Virus record (IMG/VR): IMGVR_UViG_3300026453_000533
Coordinates: 1-64,000 of that record
Direction: 5' to 3' (one strand)
DNA from: an uncultured virus (IMG/VR IMGVR_UViG_3300026453_000533)
Taxonomy: Duplodnaviria; Heunggongvirae; Uroviricota; Caudoviricetes
DNA length: 64,000 bases
Position 1 is the stretch's first letter; each line of letters starts with the position of its first letter. Positions 9,729-19,401 of this stretch are shown in pieces. A model generated the notes under the pieces. That model saw nothing but the letters and a program-made list of their open reading frames with translations. It was not told the DNA's origin and did not search any database. Position numbers and translations under genes: made by a program.

Positions 9729-11297
9729 ATGGCAGAATGGAAAAAAATTATCGTTTCAGGCAGTGGCGTTGCACAGCTTGCTAACGATGCAAATTACTTA
9801 ACCGATTATACGGTCACATCAGGAGATGTAACCGCACATGAAGGTGACATTACTATTACTGAATCACAGATTAGTGATTTCGGTACTTATAGTACAGCAA
9901 CAGGTGTTGAAAACAACGCAGACGTAACTGATTTTACAAATGTACAAGCAGCTGGAGCATTAATGGACACAGAAGTTGATGCAGATATTAAAACATTATC
10001 TCTACCAGCTAACACAACAATATCGACGTTTGGTGCTAGCTTAGTTGATGATGCAAATGCTACTGCAGCTCAAACTACTTTAGGTTTAGGATCAGCAGCA
10101 TTAGAAGATAAATCAGCTTTTGCAACAGCAGCACAAGGTAATACAGCAGATAATGCTTTACAGGATATTTCTGGTGAGAGTGTAACTGATTTAACAGATG
10201 TAAGTTCTGCAGGTTCAGGACAAATAATCACAGCAGCAGAAAGAGGTTCGATTGGAGCATTAAATACTTTCACTGGTTCATTAGATGCTAACTTTGCAAC
10301 AGATGCAGAATTATCAGCAGTTTCCGGAGCTTTAGCTTTAGATATTTCAGGTGCATTAATGGATTCAGAAGTAACTAACCTTGCACAGGTTAAATCTTTT
10401 GATTCTTCAGACTATGCAACTGCAGCACAAGGAATTAAAGCAGATAATGCTTTTCCTGGATCTAAAGTAAGTACTTTCGGTGCAACTTTAGTTGATGATG
10501 TAGATGCTGGAACAGCTAGAGCTACTTTAGGTTTAGGAACAGCAGCAATAGAAGATAAATCAACTTTTGCAACAGCAGCACAAGGTGGTAGAGCAGATAC
10601 TGCTTTACAAGATATTTCTGGTGAGAGTGTAACTGATTTATCAGATGTTAGTTCTGTAGGTTCAGGAGCAATTATCACATCAACAGAAAGATCCAAATTA
10701 TCTAATATTGAAGCCTTAGCAGATATAACAGATGCAACTAATGTAGCAGCAGCAGGTGCTATTATGGATGGAGATTTTACATCCAACGGATTTATGAAAA
10801 GAACTGGTGCAGGTACTTATACTGTAGATAACAGTACATACTCAACTGCAACAGGTGTAGAAGATAATGCAGACGTTACTGATACTACTAACGTAAAAGC
10901 CGCTCTTAATGCTAACTTAGGTACTCTAACTATTGGAGATTCAAACGATACTATTACTATCGGAAACGATTTAGTAGTAACTGGTAATTTAACAGTAAGC
11001 GGTGATACTACTACTGTTGACGTAACTAACTTAAATGTAACAGATCAATTCATCAACTTGAACGATGGTGGTTCTGCTGCCGATGGTGGTATAGTTGTAG
11101 AAGGAGCTGGTGTATCTTTCGGATGGGATAACTCAGAAGAAAGATGGGCATTTGATGCAGCAGGAGCAACTGAAGGACAGACAGCAATTACAGCAGATGC
11201 TTATGCTTCAGCAGTAGTTACTTCAGATCTTGCAGCTTATAGAAAGAATGGTAACATTAGAGTAGATGGTGGAGAGATTTACATCTACACAGAGTAA
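9729..11297 (+). CDS. Putative tail fibre/virion protein with internal duplication
   Basis: MAEWKKIIVSGS N-terminus shared with the 11675 protein. Repeated ATAAQG..AD.ALQ motifs and the C-terminal GNLTVSGDTTTV.VTNLNVTDQFI.LN fibre motif. Confidence 0.65.
   Translation: MAEWKKIIVSGSGVAQLANDANYLTDYTVTSGDVTAHEGDITITESQISDFGTYSTATGVENNADVTDFTNVQAAGALMDTEVDADIKTLSLPANTTISTFGASLVDDANATAAQTTLGLGSAALEDKSAFATAAQGNTADNALQDISGESVTDLTDVSSAGSGQIITAAERGSIGALNTFTGSLDANFATDAELSAVSGALALDISGALMDSEVTNLAQVKSFDSSDYATAAQGIKADNAFPGSKVSTFGATLVDDVDAGTARATLGLGTAAIEDKSTFATAAQGGRADTALQDISGESVTDLSDVSSVGSGAIITSTERSKLSNIEALADITDATNVAAAGAIMDGDFTSNGFMKRTGAGTYTVDNSTYSTATGVEDNADVTDTTNVKAALNANLGTLTIGDSNDTITIGNDLVVTGNLTVSGDTTTVDVTNLNVTDQFINLNDGGSAADGGIVVEGAGVSFGWDNSEERWAFDAAGATEGQTAITADAYASAVVTSDLAAYRKNGNIRVDGGEIYIYTE
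10021..10680 (+). repeat. Internal ~70-aa duplication (about 10021-10230 and 10468-10680)
   Basis: STFGA.LVDD...A..TLGLG.AA.EDKS.FATAAQG..AD.ALQDISGESVTDL.DVSS.GSG.IIT occurs twice; the DNA gatatttctggtgagagtgtaactgattta is identical in both copies. Confidence 0.85.
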
Positions 11298-11342
11298 TAC
11301 TATCAAGTTTTTTTGCTAGTAAATAATTTTTTATTCAGGAAC

Positions 11343-11364
11343 GGGGGGCTAACGCCCCCTTTTC
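11343..11364 (+). terminator. Rho-independent terminator
   Basis: GGGGGC-TAAC-GCCCCC then TTTT. Confidence 0.75.
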
Positions 11365-11388
11365 TTGCTTAAACTTAGAGAATAAGTT

Positions 11389-11574
11389 ATGCCAATCAAG
11401 AGCAACAAATTAATTCATAAAAAGACAACTACTATTTCTAACGTTAATAATGAACTAACCAAGAAAGAAATCCAGTTTCTTTTAGATAAAATGAAAACAG
11501 CTCAATTTACAGGAGCTGAATTTGAACAGTTTTACTCTATCTTCACAAAACTGTCTAAACAGTTAAAAAAGTAA
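11389..11574 (+). CDS. Small hypothetical protein
   Basis: 61-aa ORF filling the intergenic gap on the coding strand. Confidence 0.6.
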   Translation: MPIKSNKLIHKKTTTISNVNNELTKKEIQFLLDKMKTAQFTGAEFEQFYSIFTKLSKQLKK

Positions 11575-11597
11575 TAATACTTTCCTCTTATACTACC

Positions 11598-11605
11598 TAT
11601 TTATA
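11598..11605 (+). promoter_or_regulatory. Putative late promoter motif TATTTATA
   Basis: Upstream of the structured leader and the fibre gene. Confidence 0.6.
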
Positions 11606-11617
11606 TTAAACTAATTA

Positions 11618-11657
11618 TTGGCCCGTAAGGGAAGTGGACTGAATAGTCAGTAGCCAA
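11618..11657 (+). ncRNA. Candidate structured 5' leader (three-way junction)
   Basis: TTGG/CCAA closing stem, CCC-GTAA-GGG GNRA hairpin and ACTGA-ATAG-TCAGT hairpin; GC-rich island in an AT-rich spacer. Confidence 0.5.
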
Positions 11658-11674
11658 CCGTAAATAGACAAGAT

Positions 11675-14600
11675 ATGCCAAACTGGAAAAAAGTAATTAC
11701 CTCAGGGAGTACTGCGGTACTAAACGAAATAACATCTTCAGGAGGAATATATTCTGCTCAGGATATATACTCAAGAGAATCAAAATTAGGAAGAGATACC
11801 TATTTAGAGAGACTAGTTACCTTAGGTACAGAACCATCACTAGACTCGACTGCTAATACAAGCATAGACTTTTTAACAAGAAATAGTACTTCTGGTCAGA
11901 TAGAGCGTCATTCTTTAGGTTCAAACGCATTTAATTCAACGGCGTTTACTACTTGTACTGGTACTGTAACTGGCACAGGTGTAAATAATCAAGTAACTAC
12001 TTGGAACGGTACTACTAGTTTAGATGGTTCATCTAATTTTACATATGATGGTACTACCCTAGATTTAACATACACAGGTACAGGCGATCTATTAAGATTA
12101 ACTTCTACAGACGCAGGTGCTTCTTCTGCACCAGATTTAACTTTCTGTAGAAATTCAGCTTCCCCAGCGGATAATGATACTTTAGGAACAGCTCAATTTT
12201 GGGGCAAAAGTACAGCTGCAAATAAACTATATGCTGCTATTTACGGTAGAATAGCTTGTGCTACTTCAGGACAAACTAAAGGTAATATTTCATTTAAACA
12301 AGAATGTAATAACGTATTTATAGATACTGCAAACTTTTCTCCCCACGGTTTGTATGTTCTACCCCCTTCATTTAATTCAATGACCACACCAGGTATAGGC
12401 TTAACAGTAACTGGTGGTATATCAGGTAGTACAAATATACAAATAGGTTCAGGACATAATATCCAATATGATGATTTTTCTTCAATAGCAGGAGGCCGTG
12501 ATAGCGAAATATGCTCAAGTACTAATGCTTTTATTGGAGGCGGTAGGTATAACAGTATACATGGCTCAGGAGGATATACAGTTATAGGAGGAGGGTATAA
12601 TAACTGTATAGTTTCTTCAACTAATCAGGGGCATGTTATAGCTGGAGGTTCTTGCAATATTTCTTATAACGGCGGTACCGATGGTGGACATACAATTGTT
12701 GTAGGAGGGTGTAAAAACTGTGCTAACGGTAATTTTGCTACTATAGTAGGCGGTATGCTAAACACAGGCTCAGGAGCATGTAGTTTTATAGGAGGTGGTT
12801 GTAGTAATAATATAACCCTAAGCTCATGTTTTAGTGGTATTGTAACAGGTGAAGATAACTATATAAGTTCTCTCCACAACTTTATAGGTGGAGGTAAAAA
12901 TAACTGTTTAATACTCCCTTCTAGTAGTATAGCAGGTGGTTTTAATAACTCTAGTGCAGACAAATCCAATGTACATATTTTAGGTTCTGATATAACAGCA
13001 GATAAATCTAACTATACTTTTGTAAATAATTTAGATGTAGAAACTAATACAATTAGCTCTACTCTATCTCTTACAGGTCTAGCCAATCAAGCATCAGCAT
13101 CAACTGCTGTAATGATAAATGGTTCAAATGTAGTTGGAACTAGAGAATTAGGTTCAAATGCATTTAATTCAACAGCGTTTACTACATGTACTGGTACTTC
13201 TAACTTAACATTAGGTACAACATCTACTACAGCATTGGCAGGTAACACGAAAGTGGATGATGTTTCTATTACTAATTTAAAAATACGTTTAGCAGGTGGT
13301 TTTGGATCAAACGCAGTTCAAATTGGTGATTCAACCGATACAGTAACTATACCTGGTGATTTAGTTGTAACAGGAACAACAACAACTAATAATGTTGAAA
13401 CTGTATCTACATCTAATGGTGTTGTATTCGAAGGAAATGCCGCCGATCAATACGAAGGTACTTTATTAGCAGGACTATTAACTGGAGATAGAACATATAC
13501 TTTACCTGATCAAACTGGTACAATTGCTATAAGTTCTGATATACCAAATAATAACAATCAAATAGCTAACGGATGTGGGTATATAACAGATGGTAATACC
13601 AATTGGGATAACACTTACGGATTTACTACTTGTACCGGTACATTAACTGGTAACGGTACATCTACATATATTCCATTCTATAACGGAACTACATCATTTG
13701 GTAATACCAACAAATTAATTTGGGATGGTACGAAATTGGTGACTGCTGCGCTGAATATAGCCTTACAACCCGCACAAAATTCAGAAGCAACTTCATTAAT
13801 GATTAACAGTAGTGGAGATGTTGGAACTAGAGAATTAGGTTCAAATGCATTTAATTCAACGGCGTTTACTACTTGTACTGGTACAGTTACAATGTCCGGT
13901 GGAGTTAATAATAGGATACTAACTGCTGGTGGGACAACTAGTATTATAGGAGAATCAGGATTAACTTACGACGGTCAGTCTTTCTGTGTAGATTCACTAG
14001 GAAACTACTTTCTCGCAGATCGTAGTCAATTTGGATGCAATAATGCTGGTTTAGGGAAAATCGATATCAGTGATGATAACTTCGGCGGGGAGTTAGGGAT
14101 AATGACTGATGATGATGAAACAATAGCTGTTAAAGTTGCTTCATGTACCTTTGAATATGGAGGTACAGAACCATTTGATTCTGCTATTTGTGTGGTAGCT
14201 AATTATAAAAATGTATTCCTTAACAAAACATCTGGTAATTCAACATTCGGTTCATGTAACATAGTCGGAGGTAATTTAAACTATATAAACGGTAACCAAA
14301 GTATAGTCGCATCTGGTAATTGTAACTGCATCTCCACCGGTGGTGGTTACTACAATACAATTGTAGGAGGTACTTTAAACTGCGTGAAAGGAAACGGTTC
14401 TATGTGTAGTGCAAACTTTATAGGAGGAGGTTGTTACAATAAAATGGAATTCGGAACTATTCAAACAATTGTAGGAGGATATGAAAACAAGATATTAGAT
14501 ACAGCTTGCAATTACCCTAAAAGTGAGTCAAGATCTGCCTATGCAATAATAGGAGCAGGTTGTCGAAATCAAATAGATGGAGCCTGCTTCGCATTTATAG

Positions 14601-15646
14601 GCTCAGGTGGATCTAACTGTATCTTAGTGTCTAATTCCGGTACCATAGCAGGAGGATGTAGTAATAGTATATTATGTCAAAACTTGAGTTCAATCCTGGG
14701 AGGTAATGCTAACCAAATTAAAAATTCTACTGCTGGAAATTACCATACCATAGGTGGTGGAAATAGTAATGTAATATGCGGATATATTAGCAATACAATA
14801 GCAGGAGGATCTACTAACGTTATAAATACTTGTAGCTATGGTTCCCAGAACACAATAGGAGGTGGTATCCAAAACTGTATATGCGGAAGCAATTGCAGTG
14901 GCGCTACAATTGCAGGTGGATGTTGTAACAGAATATGCAATGCCTTGGCTAGTACTATAGGTGGCGGAAAATGTAATTTAATTAAAGATCAAGCACTTGC
15001 TTTTGTCGGTGGAGGATTTTGTAATCGTGCCACCGGATATGCTTCTTCCATAATAGGAGGTGAGTACAACAATGTTTGCCTTAATTCTAATTATTCCTCT
15101 ATTCTAGGAGGCTGTATGAACAATATATGTCACTCAGATTATGCTTCAACAGTCGGGCGAGGCAACTGTGTTAAACACGACTATTCTCACGCTATAGGGT
15201 GTTGTTTAGCTTCTACTACAACAAAAACTACTTACATGAACAATGCCACAGTAGCATGTCATTTACAAGTAGGGGGTACTACAACACTTAATACAACAAC
15301 CGGTAGAATTGATGCGACAAACGATGTTGTAGCATTTGCTACTTCCGATAGAAGATTAAAAGAAAATATTCAACCTATTGAAAATGCTTTATGTAAAGTA
15401 ATAGGAGTATCAGGTAATACATTTGACTGGAAATCTTTATCAAAAGAAGAAATACAAACAATACATGGTAATACAGGTAGAGATGTAGGTGTTATAGCCC
15501 AAGAAATAGAATCAATATTACCAGAAGCTGTTACTACAAGAGATAATGGATATAAAGCTGTTAACTATGAAAAAATTGTTCCTTTATTAATTGAAGCAAT
15601 TAAAGAACAGCAAAAACAAATCGACGAACTTAAATCTAAAGTATAA
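11675..15646 (+). CDS. Long tail fibre, Cys-rich beta-helical, with C-terminal intramolecular chaperone (peptidase S74-like)
   Basis: IGGG.xN repeats; SDRRLKENI autocleavage motif, GVIAQE, VNYEKIVPLLIEAIKE coiled coil; about 51 Cys counted by hand. Confidence 0.85.
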   Translation: MPNWKKVITSGSTAVLNEITSSGGIYSAQDIYSRESKLGRDTYLERLVTLGTEPSLDSTANTSIDFLTRNSTSGQIERHSLGSNAFNSTAFTTCTGTVTGTGVNNQVTTWNGTTSLDGSSNFTYDGTTLDLTYTGTGDLLRLTSTDAGASSAPDLTFCRNSASPADNDTLGTAQFWGKSTAANKLYAAIYGRIACATSGQTKGNISFKQECNNVFIDTANFSPHGLYVLPPSFNSMTTPGIGLTVTGGISGSTNIQIGSGHNIQYDDFSSIAGGRDSEICSSTNAFIGGGRYNSIHGSGGYTVIGGGYNNCIVSSTNQGHVIAGGSCNISYNGGTDGGHTIVVGGCKNCANGNFATIVGGMLNTGSGACSFIGGGCSNNITLSSCFSGIVTGEDNYISSLHNFIGGGKNNCLILPSSSIAGGFNNSSADKSNVHILGSDITADKSNYTFVNNLDVETNTISSTLSLTGLANQASASTAVMINGSNVVGTRELGSNAFNSTAFTTCTGTSNLTLGTTSTTALAGNTKVDDVSITNLKIRLAGGFGSNAVQIGDSTDTVTIPGDLVVTGTTTTNNVETVSTSNGVVFEGNAADQYEGTLLAGLLTGDRTYTLPDQTGTIAISSDIPNNNNQIANGCGYITDGNTNWDNTYGFTTCTGTLTGNGTSTYIPFYNGTTSFGNTNKLIWDGTKLVTAALNIALQPAQNSEATSLMINSSGDVGTRELGSNAFNSTAFTTCTGTVTMSGGVNNRILTAGGTTSIIGESGLTYDGQSFCVDSLGNYFLADRSQFGCNNAGLGKIDISDDNFGGELGIMTDDDETIAVKVASCTFEYGGTEPFDSAICVVANYKNVFLNKTSGNSTFGSCNIVGGNLNYINGNQSIVASGNCNCISTGGGYYNTIVGGTLNCVKGNGSMCSANFIGGGCYNKMEFGTIQTIVGGYENKILDTACNYPKSESRSAYAIIGAGCRNQIDGACFAFIGSGGSNCILVSNSGTIAGGCSNSILCQNLSSILGGNANQIKNSTAGNYHTIGGGNSNVICGYISNTIAGGSTNVINTCSYGSQNTIGGGIQNCICGSNCSGATIAGGCCNRICNALASTIGGGKCNLIKDQALAFVGGGFCNRATGYASSIIGGEYNNVCLNSNYSSILGGCMNNICHSDYASTVGRGNCVKHDYSHAIGCCLASTTTKTTYMNNATVACHLQVGGTTTLNTTTGRIDATNDVVAFATSDRRLKENIQPIENALCKVIGVSGNTFDWKSLSKEEIQTIHGNTGRDVGVIAQEIESILPEAVTTRDNGYKAVNYEKIVPLLIEAIKEQQKQIDELKSKV
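11915..13884 (+). repeat. Three near-identical DNA repeats inside the fibre gene (11915-11964, 13133-13197, 13820-13884)
   Basis: ttaggttcaaaYgcatttaattcaacRgcgtttactacWtgtactggtac encoding LGSNAFNSTAFTTCTGT. Confidence 0.9.
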
Positions 15647-16353
15647 TGGCTCTACCCTCTGCAGGAAATCCGCTTAGTTTTAGCCAAATTAGAACAGAAC
15701 TAAGTGCCGCGAGTACAAACGTATCTTTACGTAGTATGAGCAGTACAGCTGGGAAATCAACACCAGATGCTGTATCCGAATTTTACGGGTACTCAAGTAT
15801 CCCTTTAGGATTATCCTCAGCTTTATATACACAAAATTTATCATCAACTACCTCTTGGGATATATTCCAAGGTGATGGTGAAATTTCTACGTTGAGTGAT
15901 TACGATGGTAAAAACGGTAGATTAGTAATACAGTATACTAACGGTACAGCGAGTACTTCTTACCGAGGAGATTTTCAAATCGGTGCAACAATATATTTAG
16001 GTAATACTACTTATGATTTATCTCAAAGTAGAACAGGATGGCAGACAACAACAACAAATACCAGTACATATAGTGGAGCAAGCTGGACTTCGTTAGGAAC
16101 AGGTACAAGTGGGGGTAGGTGGAATGTAACTAATAGTATTCCTCCATCTTCAGGAACAGGTACATCAGTAGATACAACAGTTGAATCAACTGGTTATCAT
16201 GTATATGCAGAAACTAGTGGAGGAAGTATGTTGGGCTATAACTTCTGGTTACGAAGCCCAATCACAGCATTAGTTGATACTTTAGAATTTAGTTTTGTTT
16301 CTTACGGTAGTAACGTAGGAACATTTAAAGTATACCTCGACGTAACATCATAA
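15646..16353 (+). CDS. Putative fibre-tip adhesin with MAM-like C-terminal domain
   Basis: MALPSAG.PLSFSQIRTEL...SLRSM...SEFYGY adhesin-type N-terminus; GYHVYAETS...LRSP...F...YGSNVGT.KVY resembles a MAM domain; coupled to the fibre gene. Confidence 0.55.
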   Translation: MALPSAGNPLSFSQIRTELSAASTNVSLRSMSSTAGKSTPDAVSEFYGYSSIPLGLSSALYTQNLSSTTSWDIFQGDGEISTLSDYDGKNGRLVIQYTNGTASTSYRGDFQIGATIYLGNTTYDLSQSRTGWQTTTTNTSTYSGASWTSLGTGTSGGRWNVTNSIPPSSGTGTSVDTTVESTGYHVYAETSGGSMLGYNFWLRSPITALVDTLEFSFVSYGSNVGTFKVYLDVTS

Positions 16354-16365
16354 TATTTATAAAAT

Positions 16366-16662
16366 ATGGAATTTAACTGGCACATAAATAACTTAACTAG
16401 AAACGCATCTGACGGATTAGTATACGATGTAGAATACACATATGATACTATCGTTAGTGGATCTGTAGCTCGAAAATGGGGCATCATAGAAATATCAGGG
16501 ACCGCATCTGAAGACGGGTTTATACCTTTCGAAGATTTAACTCAAGATATAGTTTTAGGGTGGATAACAGGGAGTTTTGATATTCCTTCTATCCAAACAG
16601 AATTATCATCTTCTATTAATAAATTAATAACAAGTCAATCAATTCAAGAAACTCCTTTTTAA
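16366..16662 (+). CDS. Small fibre-associated protein (paralog of 22206)
   Basis: W.I..L.R...DG.V..V.Y...DGFI.F.DL....VLGW; preceded by TATTTATA at 16354. Confidence 0.7.
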   Translation: MEFNWHINNLTRNASDGLVYDVEYTYDTIVSGSVARKWGIIEISGTASEDGFIPFEDLTQDIVLGWITGSFDIPSIQTELSSSINKLITSQSIQETPF

Positions 16663-16710
16663 TGTTATTTTTATCTATTTATATTATATAGAAAAAAATT
16701 ACTCTAAAAG

Positions 16711-16739
16711 TTGTTTATTAAAAAGAAAAGTATTATATT
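16711..16739 (+). promoter_or_regulatory. TTG-N20-TATATT promoter (host-sigma type)
   Basis: One of ten copies with fixed spacing; a TATTTATA motif also lies at 16676. Confidence 0.7.
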
Positions 16740-16745
16740 ATAATT

Positions 16746-17573
16746 ATGAAAAAGAACACACCAAACTTTATAATAGTAGGAGCAATGAAAGGTAGCACCT
16801 CTGCTGCTGCTATAAATTTAAATTTACACGAAGATGTATTCTGTGTAACGCCTTACTGGAAGGAAAAAGTAAACGCACATTATAATTATAAACCTTCTGA
16901 CTTTGTAGGAGGCTTAAGTGAAGAGACTAATAAAGAAATGGACTTTTTTAATAAAGAACATAATTTTAATTTAGGTAGAGATTTATACGAGTCTTATTTT
17001 CCAAGACCAACCAAAGCAATAGGAGAAGCATCACCAAATTATTTCTACCTACATGAAAAAGGTCAAGAAAGCACAGCTAAAAACATGGCATTAACTTTAG
17101 GAACACCTAAGATTATAGTTATACTTAGAGATCCTATCACTAGAAGTTTTAGCCATTGGAATCATATACAAAGACCAAATTCGAATTTTGCATTGAGATT
17201 TAAAGGAAAGTCCTTCAACGAAAGTACAGAACAGGTTTCTAACGATAAAGCTAAAAACTCTATTCTACTTAGAAGTAAATACGTAGAAAACTTAAAGAAA
17301 TATAGAGCAACTTTTGGATCGGAAAACGTATATGTAGCTATACAGGAAGAAATCAAAGCTAATCCTGCAGTTGAATATAATAAAATGTTTAGCTTTTTAG
17401 GAGTAGATGAGTTAGCACTTGATAAAGAATATAGAGATATACATTCTGCATCTTACGACACAACTATCGATACAGCTTCTGAACAATTTTTAAAGGCTTA
17501 TTTTAAAGATAGTGTTAATGAACTCAAAGCACTTTATCCTGATCTAGACTACTCTAAGTGGAATACGTACTAG
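16746..17573 (+). CDS. PAPS-dependent sulfotransferase
   Basis: PNFIIVGAMKGSTS 5'-PSB loop, E.DFF, GEASPNY, LRDPITRSFSHW 3'-PB motif. Confidence 0.9.
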   Translation: MKKNTPNFIIVGAMKGSTSAAAINLNLHEDVFCVTPYWKEKVNAHYNYKPSDFVGGLSEETNKEMDFFNKEHNFNLGRDLYESYFPRPTKAIGEASPNYFYLHEKGQESTAKNMALTLGTPKIIVILRDPITRSFSHWNHIQRPNSNFALRFKGKSFNESTEQVSNDKAKNSILLRSKYVENLKKYRATFGSENVYVAIQEEIKANPAVEYNKMFSFLGVDELALDKEYRDIHSASYDTTIDTASEQFLKAYFKDSVNELKALYPDLDYSKWNTY

Positions 17574-17608
17574 TAGTACAGTAAAAAAAGTTTATTGAAA
17601 AATTAGTT

Positions 17609-18352
17609 ATGAATATAGATATATACGCAGTTACTGTGTGTGTAAACTACGCACATTTATTTAAGTATTGTATAGCAAATAATCGTTTTTTTAAACGTTG
17701 GGTTATAGTTACTACCGAGCAAGATACTGAAACTATAAAACTGTGTGAAGATAATAACCTAGAGTATATATTTTCTGAAAAGCTTTATAACCGTCAATTT
17801 TCAAAAGGTGAAGCCATTAACGAAGCATTTGATTTATTAGGGTACACTAACGATTGGTATCTGCATATTGACGCAGACGTACTACTACCGGATAACTTTA
17901 GTGATGCTTTCCCTGTTGATGAAGAGACTAATAGAATAAAAATTAGAGGGTTAAGAAAATTGAAATGTGTTGAAACAGAACACATGGAAAGAACAGGTTA
18001 TTACCGTTTATATGAAGAGTATTTAGACGAACCCTTCTCAGCATTAAACCTATACACGATGGGAAGAGTCAACGTCAACGAAGAAGAGGATTTTGACCCA
18101 TTCATACCACAGCAATATTTTAGTAAAACAGACGAAATCGTACAGAAGTTTAAAGGGTATGGTTATTTTCAACTATTTCATTTGCCATCTCTATTAAATG
18201 TATACCCCGATTTACACCACCTATACCCTTCTATGTCTAAAAATGCAGGCCACGATGATTGGATATTTTCTAAAATATTCTACCAGGTTATATGTTTAGA
18301 TAGCTACTGTGTGCATCTATCACCTGAAAATGAAAACTGGGATGGAATTTAA
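17609..18352 (+). CDS. GT-A fold glycosyltransferase (GT2-like)
   Basis: TVCVNY start, FSKGEAIN, HIDAD (DxD) motif, GYFQLF, terminal VHL. Confidence 0.75.
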   Translation: MNIDIYAVTVCVNYAHLFKYCIANNRFFKRWVIVTTEQDTETIKLCEDNNLEYIFSEKLYNRQFSKGEAINEAFDLLGYTNDWYLHIDADVLLPDNFSDAFPVDEETNRIKIRGLRKLKCVETEHMERTGYYRLYEEYLDEPFSALNLYTMGRVNVNEEEDFDPFIPQQYFSKTDEIVQKFKGYGYFQLFHLPSLLNVYPDLHHLYPSMSKNAGHDDWIFSKIFYQVICLDSYCVHLSPENENWDGI

Positions 18353-19400
18353 TACAGCAAGTAAGATGAAGTTATGTGTAGTCACAAATTATGAAAATAA
18401 AGGGTTAATAAACGAAACTAATATTTTTACTAGTATCTATAAAGCTATAGGTATAACTGAAGCAGATACGTTTAGCTTTAGGGACGTAAATGCTCAGTAT
18501 ACTATTAATAAGAATTACTCGCATTTAATTATTAGCTTTGATTACAAAGTTAGTAGTGTAGGGCTGTATCATGAGTTTCTAAGGGAAGTCACGATTCCTA
18601 AAATATTTATTATAGACACAATACCAGAAGTTCATAGAAAATTAAATCTTGAATGTCTAGAGAAATTTGCACCTTCTTTTTCGGAAGGATTTGTAGCTCT
18701 ATCTAATGATAAGCAGAATACCCTATACTATAAACATTCTGATGCATTTGTATTCTTTAGTAAGAGAGATAAGGAACTATTTGAAGATTATTATAAAGTT
18801 CCCGATGGAATTAAAAAAGTAGTTATACCACCGCCTCTAGGTAGTGAGAAAAGTTTAAAAGTAAATTTAGACAACGTTACTAAAGGTACAAATTTTACTT
18901 TCAATGGAGTACCGTCATATGCTAATGGAATTCATATATCTGCAAATACAATATGGAAGAATGAAAATTTAAGTTTAGACTATTACGGTATTCACGGAAG
19001 AACGGATTTTCTTAATCAATTTCTTATTAACAACGTTACACAGACTATACCAAAATTTACTTTTAAAGCAAGACTACGTTCAGAAAATAAGTATTTCAAG
19101 AAATATTCTGCATATCTATATACCCCAGTATACGATACCTTCGATTACTATACATTTAAGAGTCTATTAAACGGATTAGTACCTATAATAGGAAGAGACT
19201 CCGCTGCATTAGAGTATTTAAAGAATTATCCATATGTTATCTCTAATCAACCTGAACAAATAGAATATACCTTAGATATTTTTCATAAAACAAAACTAGA
19301 TATACTGAAAAGACTACTTACAGACCAAGAAAGTAACTTAAAGGAGTTAAGTAATGAAAATATATACTCTAAGTATGAGAATCTAATTAGAGAGTTATAA
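18342..19400 (+). CDS. Putative GT-B glycosyltransferase (GT4-like, divergent)
   Basis: SDAFVFFS, VIPPP, YLYTPVYDTFDYYTFKSLLNGLVPI resemble the GT4 C-terminal motif; the ATG at 18342 is preferred over the GTG at 18309. Confidence 0.55.
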   Translation: MEFNTASKMKLCVVTNYENKGLINETNIFTSIYKAIGITEADTFSFRDVNAQYTINKNYSHLIISFDYKVSSVGLYHEFLREVTIPKIFIIDTIPEVHRKLNLECLEKFAPSFSEGFVALSNDKQNTLYYKHSDAFVFFSKRDKELFEDYYKVPDGIKKVVIPPPLGSEKSLKVNLDNVTKGTNFTFNGVPSYANGIHISANTIWKNENLSLDYYGIHGRTDFLNQFLINNVTQTIPKFTFKARLRSENKYFKKYSAYLYTPVYDTFDYYTFKSLLNGLVPIIGRDSAALEYLKNYPYVISNQPEQIEYTLDIFHKTKLDILKRLLTDQESNLKELSNENIYSKYENLIREL

Positions 19401-19401
19401 T

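Noticed and set aside
11638..11651. Hammerhead ribozyme core in the fibre leader
   Set aside because: The sequence is CTGAATA, not CUGANGA, and there is no correctly placed GAAA.
11675..15646. Diversity-generating retroelement as the source of the Cys-rich variation
   Set aside because: No reverse transcriptase in the window and no template/variable repeat pair differing only at adenines; the repeats found are internal and near-identical.
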